The notes beneath the pieces were generated by a model. The model did no database searches. It was not told the origin of the DNA and saw only the letters and a list, made by a program, of their open reading frames with translations. Below, piece after piece: positions 1 to 9,790 of a DNA stretch of 19,030 bases. How positions within the stretch are numbered: position 1 is the stretch's first letter; the number at the start of each line of letters is the position of its first letter. The position numbers and the translations under genes were made by a program. The DNA is taken from positions 1-19,030 of the forward strand of contig NW_021824386.1 in NCBI RefSeq assembly GCF_006345805.1, read 5' to 3'. Source of the stretch: Octopus sinensis. Its lineage: Eukaryota.

Positions 1-83
1 TAGCTTGTAGTTGGAAATTCTGAAACAGATTTATTTTAATTTAAACATGTCTCGAAGATCAATTACCAACTCAGTTATATTCT

Positions 84-224
84 ATCATATTATATATCAT
101 ATTATATTATATATTATATTTTTTATACTATATATATATATATATATGTGCATGTGTGTGCGTGTACATATATATGCATGCATTATATATACATTATGCA
201 TGTATATATATACTTAGGTTTATA

Positions 225-287
<63 letters not shown>

Positions 288-586
288 ATATATATGCGTA
301 TGTATATGTGTGTGTATGTGTAAGTGCGGGAATGTACGTGTGTGTGTATGAGTGTATGTATGTGTATATGTTGTATGTATGTACATAGTGAAGTGAATAA
401 ATCTCCGTCGGTTTCAACGACATGTACCAAATCCTTCGTTCAATCACTTGAGCTCCTTGCCGCTCAGCGTGTGTGTGTGTGTGTGTTTGCATGTGTGTGT
501 ATGTGTGTGTGTATGTGCGTGTGCGTGTGTGTGTGTAAATGTGTACAGTATGTATACACGTGTGTGTATGTGTGTGTATGTGTTTA
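84..586. repeat. Compound (TA)n/(TG)n/(TATG)n microsatellite field
   Basis: Directly visible dinucleotide tracts; overlapping ORFs are IY/CV low-complexity translations. Confidence 0.95.
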
Positions 587-757
587 TTAGGAAGGGGATT
601 TAAGTTTCTGGAGAGTTACAAGATACATTTGTGGCAGATTAAAAATGGCGGTTTCTCTCTTCTTTTCTGTCAAGCGAACTGTCAGACGCAGAAGTATCTG
701 CGGGGAGAGTAACAAGCGGTTTCCCGCTGGCGTTTACTATCAAGAAATACATAACGT

Positions 758-1014
758 CTGTGTATATATATATATATATATATGTTTGTATGGATATCTG
801 TGCGTGCGTACACACACATATATGTATAGTGGTGTGCTTTGTGTGTATATGTACGTATATGTTTATATGTGTATCTGAATGTGTCTGTACACGTATATGT
901 GAGCACGTGTATGTGTATATGCATGTATATAGCATATGAAGCATATAAAGTGTGAGCATGCGTGTGTGTGTGTGTGTGTGTGGATGTATATCTATGCCTC
1001 TATGTGTGTGTGTG

Positions 1015-1055
<41 letters not shown>

Positions 1056-1486
1056 AATAAATGAACATCTATGTTTGAATGTGAAAACGTGCGGATATGT
1101 ATAAAAATATATATGTATGTATGCATATTTGTAGGTATGTGCATGTGTGTATGTGTGTATGTGTGTATCTATCTGTCTGTATATATACATATATATACAC
1201 ACATATATATATACGTACGTTTATATCTGTGTGCTAATATGTGTATGTGTACATGTGTATGTGTAAATGTACACACACGCTCGTATCTGCGTGAATATGC
1301 GTATATGCAGTATAGATGCCTGTAGAGATTCGCCTATACATACATACATACATACATACATACATACATACATACATACATACATACATACATGCATACA
1401 TACATACATAATACATACATACATTCATACATACATACATACATACATACACACATAATACATACATACATACATACATACATACA

Positions 1487-1519
<33 letters not shown>

Positions 1520-1716
1520 TTATGAGTGTGTGTATGTATACGCATGTTTATAACCGTGTGCATGTATATAAGTGTGTAGATGCATGTGTACATAATTTAT
1601 AATGATAGAATTTATAAAACTAAACTAGATAAAAAATATACCTAATAAAAATATAATCGAATTCTTAAAGTAAATAAAAATGTAAAAATATGTAAATATA
1701 TATATATATAATATGT

Positions 1717-1781
<65 letters not shown>

Positions 1782-2356
1782 TTCATTTTGTACATATATA
1801 TTGTATATATATGAATATTATATATGTATATATATAATGTATATATATATGTATGTATAGATATATAGGTATGTCTGTCAGTATGTATGTGTAAACATAA
1901 GTGTATGCAAATATGGGTGGAGCAGATATATTGATTAGCACACACATACACGAGCATATACTCTCATATACGCACACGCATATTCATAATATACAGACCC
2001 ACATTCTTCCTTTTTTCATACGCATATACACACATATATATATATATACAGAGCTATATCTGTACGCATGGGTACTCACACATACACTCAGATATATGCA
2101 CACAATAATATGGATGTATATATTCACACACTTGTACAGACATACATATATACTCATACACACACACACACACACACACACACAATACTCACATAAAATA
2201 CTCACATACAACAGACTCACATATACACATATATACAAATATATACATATACATAAATACAAACCTACATATATATGCTCACACACACGCACACACAAAA
2301 CACTCACATATACACATGCACACACATACCATACACACATGCACATACACACATGT
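758..2356. repeat. Compound microsatellite field, (TA)n/(TG)n/(CA)n, with a long (ATAC)n array at about 1336-1515
   Basis: Directly visible simple repeats with short unique spacers. Confidence 0.95.
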
Positions 2357-2395
2357 AGGAGATAGCGATTCAATATTGTTTCATTTTGTTATCCC

Positions 2396-2439
2396 GATGA
2401 CGTCATCACATTTGGCCTCTGGTTCGTTACCATGGAAAC
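2396..2439. promoter_or_regulatory. Candidate CRE plus RFX X-box module
   Basis: GATGACGTCATC (12-bp perfect palindrome containing the CRE TGACGTCA) at 2396-2407; GTTACCATGGAAAC at 2426-2439 matches X-box consensus GTTNCCATGGNAAC. Motif match only, no functional data. Confidence 0.4.
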
Positions 2440-2743
2440 ATCACACGTTTCGCTGACATCGTGAATGTCGCGATACACATTCTTGGCCAGCGGCAGCAGC
2501 AGCAGCAGCAGAGACAGCAGTAGCAATGAAGGAAAGAGAGAACCACTGTGTGGTCAGCTGATTTGCCAGAAACAGCAGCTAAATATCTCCCAGGTCACAC
2601 CCAAACCGTCTTAAAAGAGATCATGCTGGATATGACATCCTTGATAATTTTGACGAGAGGGTCACATGTTGACCGTCTTTTGCTCATAAGCCTGGGGTTC
2701 ATACAACGGTTTCGACATATATCTCTATGACAACAACAACAAA

Positions 2744-2845
2744 TAATGATGATGATGACGACGACAATGATGATGATGATGAGGATGATGATGATGATGA
2801 GGATGATGAGAATGATGATGATGATGATGATGATGATGATGGTGT

Positions 2846-2884
<39 letters not shown>

Positions 2885-2981
2885 CGATGATGACGATGAT
2901 GATGGTGATGATGAGGATGATGAGGATGATGATGAGAATGATGATGATGAGGATGATGGTGATGATGACGATGACGACGAC

Positions 2982-3030
<49 letters not shown>

Positions 3031-3111
3031 GTGTTGATGATGATGATGATGAGGATGATGATGATGATGATGACGATGATGATGGTGATGATGAGGATGA
3101 TGGGGATGATG

Positions 3112-3153
<42 letters not shown>

Positions 3154-3165
3154 GTAATAATAATA

Positions 3166-3222
<57 letters not shown>
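2744..3222. repeat. (GAT)n grading into (AAT)n trinucleotide array
   Basis: GAT/GAC/GAG units to about 3110, then AAT/AGT units to about 3221; explains the poly-D/N, poly-M/I, poly-H/Y and poly-S/L ORFs. Confidence 0.97.
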
Positions 3223-3311
3223 TAATACCGAAATTAACAACAAAAACAGAAACAACAAAAAACAAAGGTAACAACAACGACGGCAACAACAACAACCACA
3301 ACATCAATTGT

Positions 3312-3385
3312 TTCTACTGAAAGGCCTGAAAGTTTGGTAAGAAGGGGGGGGTTAGGGCAGTCGATCACATCGGTTCTAGTGTTTA
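3312..3385 (-). mobile_element. Degenerate fragment of SINE family 1 (tail A)
   Basis: AAGGCCTGAAAGTTTGG...GGCAGTCGATCACATCG resembles the tail-A/core border seen at 4563-4610, 12790-12835 and 13015-13075. Confidence 0.5.
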
Positions 3386-3394
3386 AAATTAATT

Positions 3395-3485
3395 TCTGGC
3401 ATCGATTTGATTGACTAAACTCTTCAAGGCAGTGCTACAGCATGGCCGCAGTCCAATGACTGGAACAAGTAAAAAAAAAAAAATA
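3395..3485 (+). mobile_element. 3' end of SINE family 2
   Basis: TCGATTTGATTGACTAAA...AAGGCAGTGCTACAGCATGGCCGCAGTCCAATGACTGGAACAAGTAAAA matches the reverse complement of 18871-18950; followed by an A-run. Confidence 0.85.
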
Positions 3486-4249
3486 AAGTAATATCAGAAA
3501 ACGATCACAAAGAAATGTAGCATATTGGCAAAAATAGAGAAATTTCCTGTATTTAAAATATTTTTTTCTTCTTCCCTTATTTGTTTCTCAACATCTTGCC
3601 AATTCTCATTGGCGTTCATTTTGCGAGTAACACGATAGAAATAAAAGAAAACACATAAAAAAATTATTATCTGATTTGAAAAATGTTTTTTTTTCTTTTT
3701 CCTTTCTCTACTTCAACATGACATCGCGAAAAATTGCCAAAATATTCAACAGATATTAGTAAAACGCAAAAAAAAAGAAAAAAAAAACAGAAAGAAAATG
3801 TCTGTATTCTTTGAGAAAATTTGCCTTGCTTTGCTTAATTTTGACAAAAACCGCTTCCAACAATGGCTACCAAGACTAAAACAAACTTGAAATTCCTCCA
3901 ACACATGGAATTTCCGCTAAATTATACCGGTAAAAACAAAAAAAAAAAAAATTGAGGTTTGAGGTCACGTTGTGCCTTGATTGATTGCGGAAACAACAGG
4001 CCTTCCGGAAAATGGAAAAGTGGCCGGGAAAGTGCCATTGTTAGGCAATGGAATGACGGTATATTGCTGGAAATAACACACAAACACAAACACACGCATG
4101 CGTATATATTTATGTAAAGTCATACGTACATACATATTTATAAATGTATATACGCGATATATGTATGTATTTATGTATGATGTACCTCTCCCCCTCTGTC
4201 TCTGTTTGTCTGTATGTCTGTGTGTCTATCTGTCTGTCTGTCTGTCTGT

Positions 4250-4460
4250 CTCTACCGTGTGTGTATCGTTGGCGATTTTTCCCTCCGTCTTCCCTTCCTT
4301 GGATCTTTCCTTTTCCTATGTTTCTGACGAAGAGCGCCGCTCGAAACGTTAAATCCTCCTGCTTTCTTTCCTTTCCTGAGCGTCCAATAACACTATACTT
4401 GTTCCACGTCCTCGCGTTGTTGTGTTTTCTCTTTGTGTTTTCATGTTTGGATTAACTAAT
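4250..4460 (+). mobile_element. Putative Penelope-like element terminal repeat fragment carrying a hammerhead motif
   Basis: About 200 bp pyrimidine-rich unique segment between (TCTG)n and (TA)n, centred on a hammerhead core. Assignment to Penelope-like elements is inferred from ribozyme architecture; no RT or GIY-YIG coding remnant seen. Confidence 0.55.
4320..4354 (+). ncRNA. Minimal type I hammerhead ribozyme motif
   Basis: CUGACGA 4324-4330, extra A 4331, stem II GAGC/GCUC (4332-4335/4339-4342, loop GCC), GAAA 4343-4346, loopless palindromic stem III (AACGUU 4345-4350), predicted GUU cleavage after 4350, stem I GUUU(4320-4323)/AAAU(4351-4354). Confidence 0.75.
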
Positions 4461-4544
4461 ATATATATATAGCTAGCTATTACACGAATGAGTGGACAAA
4501 CGGAAGAAAAGAGCACTCAACACATTTTGTAGGAGTCTCATATA

Positions 4545-4670
4545 TTCTTTTCTACTTTTGGCACAAGGCCCGAAATATTTGGGGAGAGGGCCTGTCGATT
4601 AGATCGACCTCAGTACGCAAATGGGACTTAATTTATTGACATCGAAAGGATGAAAAGCAAAATCGACCTC
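4545..4670 (-). mobile_element. SINE family 1 fragment (core plus tail A)
   Basis: GTCGATTAGATCGACCTCAGTACGCAAATGGGACTTAATTTATTGACATCGAAAGGATGAAAAGCAAAATCGACCTC is the reverse complement of the core at 15385-15460. Confidence 0.85.
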
Positions 4671-4706
4671 TATGTATTTATGCAACTGCTTATTCAACTT
4701 AACTTG

Positions 4707-4898
4707 GGCATATATATATATATATAGATATATATATATATATATATTTAACATTATTAGTTATATATCTATATCTTATATATATGTTTTTTCGCATGCT
4801 TATAATCGCTTATATATACCCTCTGCACTTAGATATGTGTCGGCTTTGATAAGGAGTATTACTGAACTTGGAATTTTGCCTCTTTCAAATTAATACTT

Positions 4899-4981
<83 letters not shown>

Positions 4982-5414
4982 CATGTATACCATGTGCTAT
5001 ATGCATATATTTGTATCTATATCTACACACACACACGCACATATATATATATATATATATATTATTTCCATATATATATACACGCAATATACATTTATAA
5101 ATATTGTATAATTCAAGTAGATACGATCAAGATAAGTTAATTACTAGTACGAAGTACTTCAGTTACTTAAAGCGGTTAGAGATATTTTCAAGAAACCAGT
5201 AAAAACGAACGTTACTGTATTATAAAGCAATCCAAAGTACGTTTTTTTTTGCTGAAGATCGCTCGCAGCTAGAAATGCAGAGACGCAATTACATTTTATC
5301 GATTTTTTTCAACTTGAAATACTTGAAATTTACACTACTCTGTCTGTATGTCTCTGCCTGTCTGCACACGCATAGACATAAACACACTCACAAAATTACA
5401 TATGATACATGTAA

Positions 5415-5458
<44 letters not shown>

Positions 5459-5950
5459 ATATAAAACATGTGTATGAACGTGTGTATATACTTGTGCGTA
5501 ACTGGAGAAAATGTAGATGAGAGATGTATGTGTGTGTATTCGTGCGTGTGTATAATTATACTATATGTATATTATATATATAATATATATATATATTATA
5601 ATAATATATATATATCTATAATATATATATATATTATATATATTAAATATATATATATATATAAGTAAGCGTATGCACATACATTTATAAATATTTATAT
5701 ACATGTTCATACACATTGATATCTATGTATATACATATATACTCACTCATTGACATGTAAAAGCTATATATAAAAATGTGTCTGTATATGGGTATATGTA
5801 AACACACACACACACACACACAATATATATATATATATATATATGCATAATACATGTATATATATGTATATATAAGTATATATATATATATATTGTAAAT
5901 ATATGCACATAGTCGTTATATATTTTCATTGATATATATATATATATTGA
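4707..5950. repeat. (TA)n-dominated microsatellite field with unique spacers
   Basis: Long TA tracts at about 4710-4745, 4900-4980, 5040-5070, 5415-5460, 5570-5665 and 5820-5945. Confidence 0.9.
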
Positions 5951-6316
5951 AGGTATGTGCGAAGGTTTTACTTTGCTATGAAGAATTTTCCATAATTCTT
6001 TGGTAACCGAAAAGTTAAAGAACTTCACTTTCTTAAACCTACCGTCTTTAATTATAATTGATAAGTGCTATTTAGCTGTTTAGCTGTGATGCAGTTGAAA
6101 TAACATCAAAATCGTTTTATCCACGACTATTTCATCTTTTTTTCTACATTAGTGATCCATGTGACTTCTACTTCTAGCAAGTCAAAAACCTTGTACAAGC
6201 TTTCTTATTTCTTTTTGACGTAATTCGGTGATGAATTTGTTGTTGGTGGTATGTGCTTCGCTTTGTCTAATGTAGAGTCATGCAACTGATGATCGATTAA
6301 CGACATCATTATCCTT

Positions 6317-6372
6317 GGCTTCTTCTTCTTCTTCTTCTTCTTCTTCTTCTTCTTCTTCTTCTTCTTCTTCTT
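6317..6372. repeat. (CTT)n polypyrimidine tract
   Basis: Directly visible; source of the poly-S and poly-K ORFs. Confidence 0.97.
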
Positions 6373-6708
6373 GTGAGTGGATTCGGTCAACGGAAACTGT
6401 GCAGAAGCATGTCGTATATATGTGTGTGCGAGTAAGTGTACGTGTGAGTGAGTGCGTGTGTGTAAGTGCGCGCGTTTGTATGCGTATCTTTGTGTTTGTT
6501 CCCCCACCGCTTGAAAATCGGCATTGGTCTGTCTACATTACGTTAACTAGCGGTTCAACAAAAAAGTCCGATAAAATAAATAGCAGGCTTAATAACAATA
6601 AAACAAAAAAAATAGATAGTGGATTCGGCTTGTTAAAAGAAAAGAAAAACACTTCAAGGCGCTACTCCAGCTTAGGCGCACTCCAGTCACCGAAACAAGT
6701 AAAAGAAT
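6370..6708 (+). mobile_element. SINE family 2, 5'-truncated, diverged
   Basis: Starts CTTGTGAGTGGATTCGGTCAACGGAAACTG (matches the end of 14388-14523), has an internal (TG)n, then AACTAGCGGTTCAACAAAAAAGTCCGATAAAATAAATA and GAAACAAGTAAAAG matching the reverse complement of 18871-19030. Confidence 0.8.
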
Positions 6709-7015
6709 GGAAATTAATTAAGATAGACGTGAATACTGGCCACTACATCACCGTCTCTCATTGTCTTTCCACATAAGCTTTTATTCTTATTTCTGCTATT
6801 TTCAGTTCATAATTCCACCTCAGAAAAATTACTCTACCCTTATGGCTGGCTTCATACAACGCACCCCCGCCACCCAGCATTGCACATTAACAACTCCATT
6901 ACATCACCGCACTATTTACCTCCCCCCCATGTTTACATGTCGTATCTGATAAATAAATTCACGCTAAAAGCAGAGAGCAAAGCTCCACCATCAATTATAA
7001 TATCACTCGCTGTTT

Positions 7016-7064
7016 ACCGGAAGTAGCTAAACATGGCGTCGTGACGACGACTTACGTATAAAAG
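7016..7064 (+). promoter_or_regulatory. Candidate core promoter motif cluster
   Basis: ACCGGAAGT (ETS) 7016-7024, AACATGGCG (YY1-like) 7030-7038, GTGACG half-CRE 7041-7046, TATAAAAG 7057-7064; locally CpG-rich. Confidence 0.3.
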
Positions 7065-7519
7065 CTTGGGGCAAGAGCTTGAGGTTTCGTTTCAGCTTTT
7101 TCTTTTATATTATATTATATTATAATATATTATATCTCATGTCATTTTCTATTAATTCCTAAAGCTTGGTAAAGGAATGTAAATGGAATTTAATGGCTTC
7201 CAGTAATGGTTGTAAGTACATGGCACTTGTATTAAAACTTCTGAAGAATGGTTATTTATACCGTCTTCATAATATGCTATCGTCATCTTAATACATTAAT
7301 CAGAACCTCAATTAACCTTTGAATATTCAAGACGTATCGTTTCCCCTTAGTAACCCTTGAAAGTGGATATCTTTCGTTGAATTCTATCGCACATGTGTTT
7401 CCTTTAACCAAAAGATGCTAAAAAGAAATGATATCATGAAATAAATTGCCTGCATCTTTCTTTCATGTTTCAGAAGCAGAGTAATAAAAAAAATATCACA
7501 GTTGAACTAGCTGAACTCG

Positions 7520-7707
<188 letters not shown>

Positions 7708-7714
7708 GCAGCTG

Positions 7715-8010
7715 TTGTTGTTTTTGTGAAAGTCCAAAAATAATAAAGTCTGTTTATTGATTGACATGAGCATACCTTGTGATCATAATATCTCGTCAAA
7801 AGAATTTGATAAGCTCAGAAAAATATAAAGATTTACTGATTGAAATCGAAAAAAAATGTGGCATCTTAAGACGGTTGCAATACCTGTGATTGTAGGAGCA
7901 CTTGGAAGGATAAAAAAGGAACTGAAAATTATTTAAGAATGATCCCTGGATTACCATCCATGCAGGAAGGGAAAAAGATTGTCTTAACTGGTAACTGGTC
8001 ACATGTATGG
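7715..8010 (+). pseudogene. RLE non-LTR retrotransposon C-terminal fragment A (R2/R4-type endonuclease domain)
   Basis: Manual translation across frameshifts: VCLLIDMSIPCDHNISSKEFDKL/KYKDLLIEIE/MWHLKTVAIPVIVGALGRIK/TENYLRMIPGLPSMQEGKKIVLTG; carries the D...E..K..KY..L and IPVIVGALG motifs of RLE elements. Confidence 0.85.
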
Positions 8011-8199
8011 AGAAGAACATTTTTCCCTTTTTCCCTTTTATTTTCTTTGTTTTCTTTTTTTTTCTTCCTTTTTTTTCTTTTTTCCCTTCTTTCTTGTCTT
8101 TCTTCCCCCTTTTTTTTCTATCACATGACTTTGTAAATGAACATTCTGATGTGTTTCTTTTAATGGTCCACTAATGTATATAGTGAATTTCTCTGCCGT

Positions 8200-8559
8200 A
8201 GGTGTCAGGACTTAGCTATTGAATTACAGAGATTATGGAAAGGGCGGGTAGATTGTATCCCAGTAGTTAAAGGTGCATTGGGAACTATCCCTAAAGATCT
8301 GAACAGATGGATAGAGGGAATAGGCATAAAACTCAGTTTAGTACAGCTACAGAAAACAGTATTATTAGGGACAGCTAGGATACGTAGGAGGATTCTTGGC
8401 ATCTAAGGTTACTTCCTGTAATCCTAGAGGAGGGTTCTTGGCACCTAAGGTTACTTCCTGTAATCCTATAGACGGGTTCTTGGCATCTAAGGCTACTTGA
8501 TGTAGCCCGATGTTAGGATTCTTTTCTTTTCCAACAGTCTAATCTGTTGAATGTACATG

Positions 8560-8560
<1 letters not shown>
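8200..8560 (+). pseudogene. RLE non-LTR retrotransposon fragment B with stop codon and 3' UTR
   Basis: Open frame 8200-8406: RCQDLAIELQRLWKGRVDCIPVVKGALGTIPKDLNRWIEGIGIKLSLVQLQKTVLLGTARIRRRILGI*; post-stop hairpin GGCTAC-TTGAT-GTAGCC 8491-8507; followed by a (CTA)n tail. Absent from the ORF track because it has no start codon. Confidence 0.9.
8393..8498 (+). repeat. 42-bp tandem repeat, 2.5 copies, spanning the stop codon of RLE fragment B
   Basis: Units start TTCTTGGCA at 8393, 8435 and 8477. Confidence 0.92.
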
Positions 8561-8591
<31 letters not shown>

Positions 8592-8620
8592 ACTACTACT
8601 ACTACTACTACTACTACTAC
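8560..8620. repeat. (CTA)n array, probable 3' tail of RLE fragment B
   Basis: Directly visible; immediately follows the 3' UTR. Confidence 0.9.
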
Positions 8621-8629
8621 AATATTAAT

Positions 8630-9004
8630 AACTAGAGCACCCAGAGAGCGCAAACCTCCGCCAAGGCAACACCGACGCCCTCTCAACGATTAGCCGGAGA
8701 TGATTTTTAAAATGGGAATATCTGAAATAAACTCGACTGCTCTCACAAACGAGAATACTAAAAATGAACCCGACCATTCTCAAAAATTAAGTTAAAAAGC
8801 CGGAAAAATTATCCAGTACTCTTGTTCAGTTCCAGATCAATTCCCCAAATCTAATCTGTTCGTGCCAGTCACGAGGCCAAACATCCTTTAAAGTTTCATT
8901 CGAATCTATCCAGCAGTTCTTGAGATAACTTGTCCAAAGACAAACAAACAAACAAACAAACACGACTGAAAACAATATCTCCGCCTTTGCTAAGGCGGTG
9001 GTAA
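8630..9004 (+). mobile_element. Putative non-autonomous Helentron/DINE-1-like element
   Basis: Subterminal CCTCCGCCAAGG 8655-8666 with imperfect inverse CTAAGGCGGTGG near 8990-9001; internal (CAAA)n 8941-8961; terminal hairpin CCGCCTT-TGCT-AAGGCGG 8981-8998; no TSD seen. Family assignment is from architecture. Confidence 0.6.
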
Positions 9005-9016
9005 TAATGATAATAG

Positions 9017-9218
9017 TGGTTTTAAATTTTACCACAAGGGCAGCCATTTTGGGGAAATGGATGTTTCAATTACATTGACCCCAGTGTTCAACTGGTACTT
9101 GGTTTATCGACCCAATAGGATAAAAGACAAAGACGACCTCGGCGGACCCCAGTGTTCAACTGGTACTTGGTTTATCGACCCCAAAAGGATGAAAGACAAA
9201 GACGACCTCGGCAGAATT
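9017..9218 (-). mobile_element. SINE family 1 (tail A) lacking its head, with an internal 68-bp tandem duplication
   Basis: GACCCCAGTGTTCAACTGGTACTTGGTTTATCGACCC...GACGACCTCGGC occurs at 9077-9144 and again from 9145. Confidence 0.88.
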
Positions 9219-9790
9219 TGGACAAAACAAAACAGTCTAATTTCGTTTTTGGATTTGGTGTGCAAGATTCTTTATGTGAGTTCGTGTGTTGAAGCATATT
9301 CTGTTGTGTCTGGGGAGAGTCACTTTCTGTTTGTGCCTTATAATGTAACACACTCGCCGGTAAAATTTCCACTTATTTCTTATTTTCTTAAAATTTTCGT
9401 TGCGTCTTGCAACCTTTCAATAGTCTTGACTCCCAAGACTATTGAAAATGTTGCGAGAAAATGACTCACCCCAGACACAACAAAACAGTCTAAGATCATA
9501 GAGTTTGCAATACTATACAATAATAGTCGATAGCAAAGAAATTGAAGAAAAAAAACCTTGAGAAATATGAGGACTTAGTCTGTGAGACCAAGATTTGCGT
9601 AAGTCAAATGCGACAATTATTCTGGTGGTAACTGGTACACTTGGCACAAAACTCAAACTGCTATCTAAGAGAATTAAGGATCATGGAATTGAAATTCTTA
9701 TTGTCAAATTATAAAAAATTGTAATCCTGTAATTTGCAGGAATCTTGAGAAAGATTCTAGAGATTTGAGGAAACTTGTTGTCAGCTGCCC
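9218..9790 (+). pseudogene. RLE non-LTR retrotransposon fragment C, old, split by an insertion at 9241-9478
   Basis: Removing the insert and one TSD copy gives LDKTKQSKIIEFAILYNN/KEIEEK/LEKYEDL/NATIILVVTGTLGTKLKLLSKRIKDHGIEILIVKL*KIVIL*FAGILRKILEI*, with final TGA at 9766-9768. Confidence 0.75.
9241..9478. mobile_element. Foldback (palindromic) insertion with 15-bp target-site duplication
   Basis: AACAAAACAGTCTAA at 9226-9240 and 9479-9493; perfect 14-bp stem 9415-9428/9434-9447; 9406-9413 pairs with 9450-9457; 9302-9328 pairs with 9456-9482 (25/27). Confidence 0.8.

Noticed and set aside
11-2373. Many 60-150 aa ORFs rich in I/Y/C/V/H/T/M
   Set aside because: Translations of TA/TG/CA/TACA microsatellites.
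2727-3320. 197-aa Asp/Asn-rich ORF resembling acidic biomineralisation proteins
   Set aside because: No signal peptide, open in several frames on both strands, and fully explained by the GAT/AAT array; a similar array occurs at 7520.
4035-4051. CCATTG-TTAGG-CAATGG hairpin
   Set aside because: Isolated 6-bp stem with no supporting context.
6286-6310. CTGATGA hammerhead core
   Set aside because: No downstream GAAA or stem III.
7241-7269. CTGAAGA and hairpin TGAAGA...TCTTCA
   Set aside because: No GAAA so not a hammerhead; too short and imperfect for a pre-miRNA.
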